DNA of 64,000 nucleotides from Squalus acanthias (taxonomy: Eukaryota): contig CM059431.1 in the NCBI GenBank assembly GCA_030390025.1, positions 131,256,001-131,320,000 on the forward strand, read 5' to 3'. This document shows positions 10,880 through 24,367 of the stretch, in pieces. Position numbers and translations under genes: made by a program. The stretch's first letter is position 1, and each line of letters starts with the position of its first letter. The notes beneath the pieces are model-generated. The model saw nothing but the letters and a program-made list of their open reading frames with translations, made no database searches and was not told where the DNA came from.

Positions 10880-12042
10880 ATTATTGATTAATAAGTTGTC
10901 TAGCTATATGACTAAAGTCTTACCTCTCATTCACATCTGTATGGTATAGTACCTCAAAAGTCTCCTGAGGTAAAAAAAATCATGATTGGGTTAAATCTCC
11001 CATTGATGAACAAAAAATGACAAATCACTATCTGCTAAGTGAAATGTGTTCATTTACTGAAGTGTCCGATTGACTTTAAAAAAATGGATAACCACTATTC
11101 ATTTAAAAAAAACTCTTCAGAAACATTTGCTTTATCCAGAAGCAATCAAAAGAAGGGTTTTTTTGGTTAGCTGTGTGTCTGACACACTTGGAAACTCAAC
11201 ACAATGTTTTTGAGTTTATAAACCAAGCTACTGAGAAATCTGCATTGGTAGAATTTCTGTTTACCTGTTAATCAGTACACACCCTCTGTTCATAGGGACA
11301 TTCCTCAATTACTTAAATCCAGAGAGTATACATGCAGGTAGACAGAGTGAATACTTAACCCCCTGCAGTTGTGTATGGGGTATTGCTAGCGTTTAACCAG
11401 CTAAAACTAGGCAGCTTACCAATATAGAACACTGGTAAGTGTCGCACCAGTTGTCTAGCTAGGACTGTCGTACCCATTGGGGATTGGCTTGCAGTGTTAT
11501 CTGGAACCGAGTGGGAAAAACTCCCAGGTCATCCCAATCCAGAGTTGCTAAACTCCAGTACCATCCTTTCTGCCAAACCTCAGGAATAACTTCATGTGTT
11601 GCTAAAAAAATAAATTCAGAAGTTCACAATAAAGCTGACAAATTCTAGGAGCCAATTCCAGGTTCTCCCATATCCTCAGTTAATTCCTCAGTGCTTCCAA
11701 AGCCTAATACTTTCTTCCTGCACTCCAGTGCTGCTCCACCTATGACTCCCTACCTTTCCCCACTGCTACCAAACATTAGGGCCGGAATTTTCTTTACCTG
11801 GGCAGGTCGGGTGTGGGAGGTTGGCGTGCCAGGTCGCAACCCCGTTGTTGCTTTCATTCCGCTGTAGAAATCAACTCTGCACTGTAGGGGCATATTAAGC
11901 CCGCCCTGCACGTTACCTGGCCCGATGGCGAGTTTTCAGCCGGGATATTTAAATGAGCCATGGCCACATTGCATTTGAAGGTTCATCTAGGAGTGTGTAG
12001 GCAGCACACTGGAGGTTTTCATTGCTCCAACCAGTTGGATAG

Positions 12043-15000
12043 GTGGCTGCACAGAGGCAGAGGGCTGCATTCAAGTTCACCGGTGACTCCCTCCATATGC
12101 TTGTGGAGGGAGTCAGAGCACACAGGGAGGTCCTCTTCCCTTCTAATGGGCGGAAGAAACCTCCCCAGGCTGCAGAGGAGGTCAACAGCAGGGATGTGGT
12201 CAGGAGGACCTGGGTGCAGTACCGGAAACGTTTCAATGATCACATTAGATCAGGAAAGGTGAGTACAAAGCCACACTCAACTTCATCCTGCTGTGCCTCT
12301 CATCACATCCCCATCACTCTGCCATCCCAACCCTACTCCTGCACATCATTACTCACACCAACATACCTTGCATGCCCACCCATCCCTCTCTCTCTATCTA
12401 CATCGAATTGGAAAACCGCAAATGTAACACCCCTATTTAAGAAAGGAGGGAGACAGAAAGCAGGAAACTATAGACCAGTTAGCCTAACATCTGTCATTGG
12501 GAAAATGCTGGAGTCCTTCATTAAGGAATCAGTAGCAGGGCCTTTGGAAAATCATAATGCAGTCAAGCAGAGTCAGCATGGTTTTATGAAAGGGAAATCA
12601 TGTTTAACAAACTTGCTGGAGTTCTTTGAGGATGTAACAAGCAGGGTGGACAAAGGTGAACCAGTGGATGTGGTGTATTTGAATTTCCAGAAGGCATTCG
12701 ATAAGGTGCCACATAAAAGGTTACTGCATAAGATAAGAGCTCACAGAGTTGGGGGTAATATATTAGCATGGATAGAGAATTGGCTAACTAACAGAAAGCA
12801 GAGAGCCAGGATAAATGGGTCATTTTCCGGTTGGCAAACGGTAACTAGTGGGGTGCCACAAGGATCGGTGCTGGGGCCTCAACTATTTACAATCTACATT
12901 AATGACTTGGATGAAGGGACCGAGTGTAATGTAGCCAAGTTTGCGGATGATACAAAGATGGGTGGGAAAGCAAGTTGTGCAGAGGACTCAAAGAATCTGC
13001 AAAGGGATATAGACAGGCTAAGTGAGTGGGCAAACATTTGGCAGATGGAGTATAATGTGGGAAAGTGCGAGGTTATCCACATTGGCAAGAAAAATAAAAA
13101 AGCAAATTATTATTTAAATGGAGAGAGATTACAAAATGCTACAGTTCAGAGGGATCTGGGGGTCCTTGTGCATGAAACACAAAAAGTTAGCATGCAGGTA
13201 CAGCAAGTAATCAAAAAGGCAAATGGAATGTTGGCCTTTATTGTAAGGGGGTTGGAGTATAAAAGCAGGGAAGTCCTGCTACAACTGTACAGGATATTGG
13301 TGAGACCACACCTTGAGTACTGCGTACAGTTTTGGTCTCCTTATTTAAGGAAGGATATACTTGCGTTGGAGGCAGTTCAGAGACGATTCACTAGGTTAAT
13401 TCCAGAGATGAGGGGGTTGACTTATGAAGAAAGGTTGAGCAGGTTGGGCCTATACTCATTGGAATTTAGAAGAATGAGAGGTGGTCTTATTGAAACATAT
13501 AAGATACTGAGGGGGCTCGACCAGGTAGATGCAGAGAGGATGTTTCCCCTCGTGGGGAAATCTAGAACTCGGGGGCATAGTTTCAGAATAAAGGGTCGCC
13601 CTTTTAGAACTGAGACGAGGAGGAATTTCTTCTCTCAGAGGGTTGTAAATCTGTGGAATTCTCTGCCCCAGAGAGCCATAGAGGCTGGGTCATTAAATAC
13701 ATTTAAGGTGGAGATAGACAGATTTTTGCACGATAAGGGAGTCAAGGGTTATGGGGAGCAGGCAGGGAAGTGGCTTTGAGCCCAAGATCAGCCATGATCT
13801 TATTGAATGGCGGAGCAGGCTCGAGGGGCCAACTGGCCTATTCCTGCTCCCATTTCTTATGTTCTTATTTCTTATGTTCTAACCTTATCACATCCCCATC
13901 TTACTAGCCACCGCTCACACTCACCCTCATCCTAATGCAATCATACCAACTAACAACACACAAGCAGGCCACTTGGCATTGCCACCCCATTCCATCATAG
14001 TCTCCCTCTAAAGATGTAACCCATCCAATCCCTACACTCATTCCATCACGCTCACTCAACCTTCTCTGCTTTCCCTCCTTGCAGGAGAACAGAGCTCACA
14101 ATAAGAGGGAGAGAAAGAGAACTGGAGGTGGGCCTCCATCATTAGGCACCCTCACAACAGCAGAGGAGGCTGTGTTGGAAGTATCGGGAATGGCCAAGCA
14201 GCTGGAGGTGGGAGACGGAGAGAGGGGGACATCTCAGCAACCTGGTGACAGAATTACATATCATACATCAGACACTCATGTGGACACTGATGTCATCAGC
14301 CACTGAATGGTCATCATGTGCATAATGGTATCTGTACCCATTCTTTATTTGACATATCTAACTCATCTCTTCAGTCTCCTGAGGGTGCCCCGTCACCAGA
14401 CATGAGCACACCCAGCACCAGTGCAGATACGCACACCTCGGTGGGTCCCACGCGAGATAGAGTAGTGTTGTCACCGGGTCCGTCACAAATCACAAGTGAG
14501 CAAGAGCAGATGGTGGAGACAGGGACAGCAGAGGAGACTCCTCGCCGGAGGGTGCAGGAGTCTCCCAGCTCTACTCAGCTGCATGCAGACGCTGAGCCTC
14601 GGGGGTCATCCAGAAAGAGGGCGATCCTGGAGGTGCAGGAAGAAGTGCAGGGGGCTCTGGCAGGTTTTACAAATGTGCAGAGAATGGAAGAGTCCATCTC
14701 CAACATGAGCACCACTGTGTCGCAGGCGATGGTGACTGTAGGCTCTTCCATGGAAAGGATGGCCACCTGCATGGAGCAGCTAATGCGCCACTCACAGGAG
14801 CACATGGTCTCTATGGAGAATAGATGGCTATCTATGAAGCATAGATGGCAGAGGCTCATAGACCTCCCGTCTAGGAGGGATGTCAGTGTAGAAATGGGTC
14901 CTCATGGCCCCACTGATGTGCAGCAGCCGAGTCTGTCCCTGCACAATCACAGGAGGAGCAGACTTTGGCGGGGCCATCACAGGCTCCAAAGCCCAGAGGA

Positions 15001-15123
15001 CATTCGCCAAGAGTGTCTAAGCAGTGGCAGCAGGGAAGTGAGCAAGCTGCCTCTACCTCTGCTGAAGCTACAGGGGTAGCACCTCGTAGAAGCACACGTA
15101 AGAGAAAGATGACACACAAGTAG
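12043..15123 (+). pseudogene. Harbinger Myb/SANT-like DNA-binding protein gene, spliced (exons about 12043-12258, 14085-14244, about 14375-15123)
   Basis: FTGDSLHMLVEGVRAHREVLF...RTWVQYRKRFND, donor AAG|gtgagt at 12259, acceptor ttgcag| at 14084, then ENRAHNKRERKRTGGGPP in frame. Start codon is GTG and the exon 3 phase is inconsistent, indicating decay. Confidence 0.8.
12406..13880 (+). mobile_element. 5'-truncated CR1 LINE with open RT frame, inserted in intron 1 of the Harbinger Myb gene
   Basis: NWKTANVTPLFKKG...[10 protein letters not shown]...FADD through to the stop at 13779. Tail tcttatgttctta. Confidence 0.93.
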
Positions 15124-15419
15124 ATCCACAAGGGTAGCCACTTGGGTGTTTTAGTCACTGTTAATGTCAAGTTTCCGTTAATGTATTGTCTACCATTAAA
15201 ATCTTTATTTTCACCAGTTTCCCATCGTGGACACATTTGTGCGCACCTTTGGAAGTAGCTTTATGAGCTGCAATGAATGGTGAGACATAACATTACCTCC
15301 AGCAATGGTGATCCATGTGAAAGGAATGGCTTGGTCATTGTAGGGATGTTTTATGGTGTGGCTGTGGTGTGGTGCCTACCTGGTGCAGCATGTGCCAGCC
15401 ATATGGGTGTACTGCGTAA

Positions 15420-16676
15420 AGTTCAGTAAATCTGGCTATGATGAGGCCATCCCAGGCTTCCCAGGCAGCAATGTGCTTGGGTGCTGGTGGGATCTGGACT
15501 GCAGTTTCCTCCAGCTCCTGCTCCTCCTCGTCTTCCAGCTGATGCTCCTCCTCCTCTTCCTGCTCCTCCTCTGAAGAAGAAGCTGTGCACTCAGTGCCTT
15601 GCTCCTCATGCAGCACTAATCTTCGCTGCTGTGCTATGTTGTACAGGGCGCAGCAAACCATGACGATTCTGGAGACCATGGCTGGTGCGTACTGAGGGGC
15701 TCCTCCAGATATGTCAAGGCATCTGAAGCGCATTTTGAGCATGCCTATTGTCTGCTCTATTACACATCTGGTGGAAATTTGGCTTTCAATATATCTCTCC
15801 TGGGCCTCAGTACTTGGCCTCCTAAAGGGTGTCATGAGTCACATCTTCAGTGGGATAGCCCTTGTCTCCAAGCAGCCACCTGGAAAGTCTGTTTGGAGGA
15901 GCGAAGAGCTGAGGGAGGCTGGACTGGCGCAGGATGAAAGAGTCATGACAGCTGCCAGGAAATTTTGCGCACACGTGCATGATGATCTTCCTATGGTTGC
16001 AGACCAGCTGCACATTGAAGGAGTGGAAGCCCTTACGGTTCACAAAGACTCCTGGGTGATGATGGGGTGCCCTGATGGCCACATGTGTGCAGTCGATGAC
16101 GCCCTGAACCCGTGGGAAGCCAGCCAGTGTGGCAAAACCAAGCACCCGCTCAGTAACACTGGCTTCATCAGTGGCAAAGTTGATATAATTGGCCGACTTG
16201 TAAAATGGGGCATCAATGACCTGTGTGATGCATCTGTGGGTGGCCAACTGTGAGATGCCGCAAATGTCTGCTGCAGATCCCTGGAAGGAGCCTGAGGCGA
16301 AGAAGTTGAAGAGGCTGGTGACTTTGACAGCCACTGGTAAGGTGTGTCCACCCACTCCTCTGGGCTGCAGGTCTTGCTCTAGCAATCTGCAAATGACTGC
16401 GATGACCTGGCATGACATCCTGACCCTCCTTTGGCACTGCTGCTCAGTCATGTTGAGGAAGCTCATCCTCTGCCTATATATCCTGTGTTGGGGGTATCTC
16501 CTCCGGCGCGGTGCAGCCCTGCGCTGATGCCCTCTGTCCTGTGAAGCATCAGGTGGTTGAGGAGAAGGTTGGTGGTGTTGTTGTTGGAGCTGCTGGTGTG
16601 CCTGGTGCTGCTGGTGTTGGGGCCCATTGTGGTCCGATTCTGAGGACCAAGGTAAGACAGTATAAATGGCACCCAT
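15420..16676 (-). pseudogene. Harbinger (HARBI1-like) DDE transposase, frameshifted near 15830-15860
   Basis: [46 protein letters not shown] and IEQTIGMLKMRFRCL across ORFs 15822..16676 and 15335..15835. Confidence 0.92.
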
Positions 16677-17592
16677 GCTGATGAAATAGATGGCAGGTCA
16701 AGTAGAGATCAGAGGAGCAAGCTGTCAACGGTGTGATAGGTTGTAACAATGAAGTGAGAATGGATGGCGACTTGCTGGAAGCACTTGCAGCCTGTAGAAA
16801 GCTAAATGTGTGCTGGGAATGCAGTCAGCAACAGCTTCTGCCTGAGGAAAGTGACCAGCTGTGAGGTTGGAGCTTTTATAGTACATTTGATGTTGTCATT
16901 TAATCAGCTGGAGCAATGGCCACTCAACTCTCGCCTCAGGCTGACAGACGTGGTTCCCGAGCTGCATGAATCCCATTGGCAGCCGGGGAAATTCGAAAGG
17001 TAAGCTGACAAACGCTCTTAAGGGTCTGATCTGTTAACGATTTGAATTAGGTCTCCCGCCTCTGCCGGTCGGGTCGCTGCCACACCAGCAAATGTGCCCG
17101 AGGGAAAGGCGCATGGGGGCGGGATGATGGCAAGTTCCTGACCCGCTGCAACTTATTTCAAATTTCCCACCCAACCCACCTCCAATCGCGCTCACACGGA
17201 CCCCAGAAAATTATGGCCTAGGTAAATAACTCCAACTTGCTACATCTTATATACCACTTGCTGTGTAACCCAGACTTTAAAAACGGTAAGAGATAGAAAT
17301 TAAGTACAAAAAAGAATGTATAATAAATAATCAAGGTCACTCATCTATAGTTTTCATGGAAAAGTGGACAGAGCTGCCCAATTGAACTTCAACACAATGG
17401 TAAAAATCCCAGAATACTATGTAATAAAAACAGAATTTGACTTATTTCGTCACCATAAAATCAATGACCCTGATTATAACATTGTGCATTACATGGCATG
17501 AAACCCCTATTATAAAACAGTGTTTCCTCCTTCTGTGAACAGTACTAGAAGAGTTCCATTATATACATCAATCTAAATATCTAACATAAGTC

Positions 17593-17631
<39 letters not shown>

Positions 17632-17811
17632 AATGTACATAAACCTCTATTCCTACAGATATACAGCAAACTATATGCTTTATTCCGTTTGTGTGTGTGT
17701 GTTCTTCTTCTTTCGAGAGTTATTATTTCATATCAGTTCCTCTGGGTTTTTATTTCTCGAGTTGTTTGATTTACTGCGTCTGAGTTGCAGTTCTTAAATT
17801 TGTATACTTCT

Positions 17812-17898
17812 TCTGTATACTTCTTCGTTGGTAACCAAATCATCGAAGGCATAGTCAAATCTGAAGGGCTGGTTACCCAGGAACTTGATTTTATCGAT
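17812..17898 (-). pseudogene. Orphan kinesin-13 (KIF2-like) motor-domain fragment
   Basis: Manual translation gives [29 protein letters not shown], close to KIF2A as recalled ([29 protein letters not shown]). This frame is not in the ORF track. Confidence 0.65.
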
Positions 17899-18082
17899 AG
17901 AAACTGTGGTGTGCTGAGAAGTACAAATACTAGGATGCCCTGTAGGTTCAAAGGTGGAGTGCTGCAACTAAAACTTCAACAGTGGAAGCCAATTGACCAA
18001 ACTTTCAGGACTGAAATTTATACATATTTTATTTCTAAAATATAAATGATATGTAATGCACATACATTGTGCATTATACTGC

Positions 18083-18460
18083 ATAGAATCATCGAATCTT
18101 ACAGCAACGAAGGTGGCCATTCAGCCTGTTGTGCCTGAGCTGGCTCTTTGAAAGAGCTGTCCAATTTAGTCCCACACTCTAGCATTTTCCCCAGAACCCT
18201 GCATGTTAGCTCTCTTCAAGTACATGTCCAATTGCTCTTTGAAAGTTCCTCTGGAATCTGATTCCACCAAACTTTCAGGTAGTGTGTTCCAGATCTTAAC
18301 AACCCTCTGTGTGAAGAAATTTCTCCTCATTACCCCTCTATTTCTTTTGCCAATTATTTTAAATCTATGACCTCTTATTACCGACCTACTTGCCAGAGGA
18401 AATAGTTTCTCTCTCATAATTTTGAATACTTCTATTAAGTCTCCCCTTAACCTTCTCTGC
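18083..18460 (-). mobile_element. CR1 3' fragment
   Basis: ORF 18166..18417 REKLFPL...RGHRFK...NFFTQRVVKIWNTLP followed by a CR1-type tail. Confidence 0.85.
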
Positions 18461-19784
18461 GCTATTGCGATGTTGCTTCTAAGTTATAAGAACCCTTGAA
18501 TGGCGCAAAAGAAAGAGGAAATTATGGAGTAAGTGATTTACGTCATTAATTATGCCACTCCATATTTTCCTGGGACCTTTGCGACTCTCGTCTGTTGCCT
18601 TCACCGAAAACCATTAGAATATAATCATCATAGCTCCGCCCCTATTCAAATCAATGGTGATCGTGATTTACCTGCATTTAAGCCAGTTTTCATACTGCAG
18701 CCAATTAGGCTTAAAAATAATAGTGCTGGTGGCCTGGCAGCAGAGTGATTTATTGCTCCAAGATCGAGTTTAATCTCCCAGTTGTTAAAAATGTATTACC
18801 TTTGCAAAGATTAAACAACCAGGATCTTTGAGTATCCACTTTCCGCACCTGGGATTTTGAATTTTAATATTGCAAAACTATATGTCTGGAGCAAATTCAA
18901 TTTATGAGATAATTTTCTGAATTTAAATGACCCTTTCTGTTTTCCACAGTGCTCAACCGCACTAAAGCCACCAACACAACAAACATACCTTTTAATATAA
19001 ATCGAATTTGCTTATTAATCACTATTGGTTCAATAAGTTATGAATAAATTGATATAAACGTATCTCAAAATCATTTCAAGCCCATCTATTCCGAAAATAG
19101 TCAGCATGTCATTATGTAAATTCATGCCTTCCATAAGGATTTGCGAAATTCAGTCTCATTCAAACAGAAATAATTATCAGTTTACAATATGTTAAATCAC
19201 AAGATTAGTTTGCTTAGCTCATTTTATGTCCTCATAATCCACAAAAAATAAAAGCTAATAACTATTTTATTCCAAATAATTAATAATTTATAATGTAACA
19301 ACTTGGAGTGGCCTAAATTCACAGATCACACACTACAGTGAAACTGACAAGAATCTCAAAACTTGAAAAGTGACACGACATCTTAAGATGATGGTAGATT
19401 AAAGTTTATTAAAGAAGTTACACTTCCATTCACATAAGCTCTCCCGAGGCTTCGCACAGTGAAGGTATCATTACTCCAGCTCTGAGATCGGCACCGTGTG
19501 CCTAATTCACTGAGTACCCCGCTCTGAAGAGGCGGATCCGTAATTTTAATATTTAAATGAGTCTCCTGTCCTCAGATTTTGGGAGCCATTTGAATTTAAC
19601 GGCTGTGAGCTGGGATTCCCAGGGATCGGGAAACCCAGCAGCTAAAGGGAGGCAGGAGCTGCCAGATCTAGCAGGTAAATCCTTTTCCAGCACTGCTTGT
19701 GGGCCAGAAAGAAGAGGAGTGCATCCCCCCGGCCCCTCAAGCAAATCTTCTGCCGTGATCAGCGGAACACACCTCTCCATACCC

Positions 19785-21465
19785 ACGATCTCTCCCTCCT
19801 CGCGATCTCTCCCCCACGATCTCTCCCTCCTCGCGATCTCTCCCCCACGATCTCTCCCTCCTTGCAATCTCTACCTCCTTGCGAACTCTCCCTCCTCGCG
19901 ATCTCTCCCTCTCCGTGCTCTCTCCCTCCCGTGCTCTCTCCCTCCTCGTGATCGCTCCCTCCTCGCGATCTCTCCCTCCCTGTGCTCTCTCCCTCCCGTG
20001 CTCTCTCCCTCCTCGTGATCGCTCCCTCCTCGCGATCTCTCCCTCCTCGCGATCTCTCCCTCCCCGTGCTCTCTCCCTCCCTGTGCTCTCTCCCTCCTCG
20101 CGATCTCTCCCCCAAGATCTCTCCTCCATGGTCACTCCCCCACAATCTCTTCCTGTGAACTCTCCTCCTCGCGATCTCTCCTCGCGTGATCTCTCCCCTC
20201 GCGATCTCTCCCTCCCTGCGATCTCTCCCCCCGTGAACTCTTCCTCCCCGCGATCTCTCCCTCAAGCAGAGTGCCGAGCTGATCAATCGCGGGCAGGAAT
20301 CCGTGAAAAAAAGTGGAACAAGAAAGGTAAGTTTTTTTTTACTTACCTCGGCCACCTCGCCTTTAATCATCGCCCCTGAAGCGGCTGGCCGCCTGATGCA
20401 CGCCTCCTGCAGCTGTCGGTGTTTTCGACCGGCGCTACTGCAGGGGGCGGAAGTCAATTTCGGGTCCGGGGGAGCGCTACCGGGACAATGCGCATGGCGA
20501 TGATGTTACAAACTCTGGGCGAAGGAGATCGGGGCGCAACGCCGTAGCACCTCCGCAAAACTCCCGCTGAATATGACGGGAGTCGATGCCAGCATCGCGC
20601 CCAGTCGCAAAGCCATTTGCGATCTCTCCCCCCTGCAATCTCTCCCCCACGATCTTTCCCTCCCTGCGATCTTTTGATCTCTCCCCTCTGCGATCTCTCC
20701 CCTTGTGATCTCTCCCCTCGCGATCTCTCCCCTCGTGATCTCTCCCCCCGCAATCTCTTCCCTCGCATTCTATCACCCACAATCTTTCACCCCTGCATTC
20801 TCTTCCCCCACGATCTCTCCACCCGCCTTCTCTCCCCCCACATTCTGTTCCCCCCGACAATTTCTCCCTCCCCGTGATCTCTCTACCTGTCATCTCTCCC
20901 CACGATCTCTCCACCCGTGATCTTTCCCTCCTTGATCTCTCCCCCCGCGATCTTTCCCTTTGTGATCTCTGCCCTTGCGATCTCTCTCCTCGTGATCTCT
21001 CCCCTGCGATCTCTCCCCCCGCGATCTTTCCCTCCTTGATCTCCCCACGCTGCGATCTCTCGCACCACGATCTCTCCCCCCTGCGATCTCTCCCCCCGCG
21101 ATCTTTCCCTCCTTGATCTCCCCACGCTGCGATCTCTCGCACCACGATCTCTCCCCCCTGCGATCTCTCCCCTTGCGATCTCTGCCCTTGCGATCTCTCC
21201 CCTCATGATCTCTCCACCCGCCTTCTCTCCCCCCACGTTCTGTCCCCCAACAATCGCTCCCTCCCCATGATCTCTCTGTCATCTCTCCCCCACGATCTCT
21301 CCCTCCCATGATTTCTCTCCCTGCGATCTCTCTCTCCTTATCTCTCCCCCCATGATCTCTCACTCCCTTCGATCTCTCCCCGCGTGATCTCTCCCTCCCT
21401 GCGATCTCTCCCCCCACGATCTCTCACTCCCTGTGATCTCTCACTCCCTTCGATCTCTCCCCGCA
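19785..21465. repeat. Degenerate minisatellite based on (GC)GATCTCTCCC, with a MITE-like piece at about 20265-20620
   Basis: Dozens of gatctctccc units. They account for the many overlapping R/G/E-rich and S/P-rich ORFs. Confidence 0.9.
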
Positions 21466-24367
21466 CAGAGCAGCGAACCTGGTTGGGAACAAAGAGGAGA
21501 GAGAAAAAAAGAAAAAAATCCAGGAGTGACATCACAGGATAGCTGGTAACTGATTAGTTGGTAAAGGTCACATCGCTTTTTTTTGCTCTTCAAGTTAGGG
21601 GCCAGGGTTAAATAGCTGGCTGGAATTCAGCAGAAACTTGGAGATTAGTAACAGTTAATACTATATTAAATTAGTAACTGTTATATTATATTAATAACTT
21701 GAATCAGATACATCTTAGTCTTAAGTTTCTGTAAGTTAGTTAATAGCCTCTTAAATAGAGGCATGGCAGGGCAGCTCAGTCCCGTGGAATGCACATCCTG
21801 TGCCGTGTAGGAAATCCAGGTTGCTTCCCATGTCCTGGACAACCACATGTGCAGGGGGTGTCGTTGGCTGGAGGAGCTTGAGCTCTGGGTTTCGGAGCTT
21901 GAGCAGCAGCTGGCTTCACTGCCAGCTGTGAGGCTGAGAGCTTCGTGGATAGCACGTTTCAGGAGGTGGTCACCCTGCAGATAAAGGGTGTGCAGGCAGA
22001 AAAGGAATGGGTGAATGCCAGACAGAAAAGGAGGACCAGGCAGGTAGTGCAGGAGTCCCCTGAGTGCATCTTGCTCTCCAACCAGTATTGGGTTCTGAGT
22101 ACTGGTGAGGGTGATGGTTCCTCTGAGGAGTACAGTCAGAGCCAAGTCCGTGGCACCATGGGTGGCTCAGCTGTACAGGAAGAAGAGTAGGAGAGCAATA
22201 GTGGTAGGGGATTCAATAGTTAGGGGAGCAGACAGGCATTTCTGCGGCCGCAGATATGACTCCAGGATGGTATGTTGCCTCCCTGGTGCCAGGGTCAAGG
22301 ATGTCACCGAGTGGCTGCAGAACCTTCTGAGGGGGGAGGGTGAACAGTCAGAGGTCGTGGTCCATATTGGTACCAGCGACATAGGTAGAAAGAGGGATGA
22401 GGTCCTGCAGGCAGATTTTAGGGAGCTAGGAAAGAGATTAAAAAGCAGGACCTCAAAGGTAGTAATCTCCGGATTACCCCCGGTGCCACGCGCAAGTGAA
22501 TATAGAAATAGAAGGATAGAGCAGATGAATGCGTGGCTGGAGAGATGGTGCAGGAGGGAGGGCTTCAGATTCCTGGGGCATTGGGACTGGTTCTGGGGGA
22601 GGTGGGACCTGTAAAGGCCGGACGGGTTGCACCTCAACAGGGCCGGAACCAATATCCTCGTGGGGAAGTTTGCTGGTGCTGTTGGGGAGGGCTTAAACTA
22701 ATTTGGCAGGGGTATGAGCACCAGGACGTAACATTAGCAAGGAGATGGGAATATGATGCTGTGACAATAACTGAGACCTGGCTCAAAAAAGGGCAGGATT
22801 GGGTATTAAATATTCCTTGTTATAAGGTGTTCAGGAAAGAAAGGGAAGGAAAGATAGGAGGTGGTGAGGCAGTATTGGTTAAGGAGAGTGTTACAGTGCT
22901 GGAGAGGGAGGATGTCCTGGAGGGGCCAAGGACAGAATCTATATGGCTAGAGTTAAGAAATAATAGAGGTGCCATTACACTACTAGGTGTATTCTATAGA
23001 CCACCAAATAGTGGGGAAGATATGGTGGAGCAAATTTGCAGAGAAATTACAGAGAGGTGCAGGAACTATAGAGTAGTAATAATGGGGGACTTCAACTATC
23101 CTAATATAGACTGGGATAGTAATAGTGTAAAGGGCCGAGAAGGAGAAGAATTTCTAAAGTGCGTTCAGGAGAACTTTCTTGATCAGTACGTTTCCAGCCC
23201 AACGAGCGAGGAGGCATTGCTGGATCTGGTTCTGGTAGTTCAAGTGGAGCAAGTGTCAGTAGGTGAACATTTAGGGGACAGTGATCCTAATATCATAAGG
23301 TTTAGATTAGCTATGGAAAAGGACAGGGAGCAATCTAGAGTAAGAATGTTTAACTGGGGGAAGGCCAATTTCAGTGGGATGAGAACGGATCTGGCCCGGG
23401 TAAACTGGAATCAAAGATTGGCAGGCAAAACTGTAGTGGGCTGCCTTTAAAGAGGAAATAGTTCGGATACAGACGAGGTACATTCCAATGAGGGGGAAAG
23501 GTCGGGCAACTAAAGAAGAGCTCCCTGGATGATGAAACAGATAGCCAATATAATGAAGCAAATAAAGAGCGCGTATGACAGATGTCAGGTTGCAAATACA
23601 TCTGAGAATCAGGCTATATATAGAAAAGTCAGAGGAGAAGTGAAAAAGAAAATAAGAGGGGCAAAGAGAAGGTATGAGAATAGAATGGCTTCTATAGGCA
23701 TATAAATAGTAAATGGGTAGTAAGAGGAGGGGTGGGGCTGATTAGGGACCAAAAAGGAGACCTATGCATGAAGGCAGAGGGTATGGCTGAGGTACTAAAT
23801 GAATACTTTGCATCTGTCTTCACCAAGGAAGAGGATGTTGACATAGACATAGTGAAGGAGGAGGTAGTGGAGACATTTGATAGTATAAAAATTGATAAAG
23901 AGGTATTAGAAAGGCTGGCTGTACTTAAAGTAGATAAATAACCAGGACCAGATAGGATGCATCCTAGGATGCTGAGGGAATTGTGGGCAGAAATCGTGGA
24001 AGTATTGGCCATAACATTCTAATCCTCCATAGATACGGGGGTGGTGCAAGAGGACTGGAGAATTGCAAATGTTATACCATTGTTCAAAAAAGAGTGTAAA
24101 GATAAACTCAGCAACTAAAGGCCAGTCAGTTTAGCCTTGGTAGTGGGGAAGCTTTTAGAAACAGTAAACAGGGACAAAATTAACAGTCACTTGGATAGGT
24201 GTGGATTAATTAAGGAAAGCCAGCATGGATTTGTTAAAGGCAAATCGTGTTTAACCAATTTGATCGAGTTTTTTGATGAGGTACCAGAGAGGGTTGATGA
24301 GGGTAATGCGGTTGACATAGTGTCCATGGATTTCCAAAAGGCGTTTGACAAAGTACCACATAATAGG

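Larger units (their letters stand above)
11780..17218. mobile_element. Full-length but decayed PIF/Harbinger DNA transposon (convergent Myb/SANT and transposase genes)
   Basis: TIRs ggccggaattttc / gaaaattatggcc and TSD TAG/TAG. Contains both genes expected of a Harbinger. Confidence 0.9.

Noticed and set aside
15335..16676. Domesticated HARBI1 host gene
   Set aside because: It is frameshifted, enclosed by TIRs and a TSD, and has several decayed relatives nearby.
19553..21535. Many overlapping ORFs rich in R/G/E or S/P/L
   Set aside because: They are translations of the GATCTCTCCC minisatellite in several frames.
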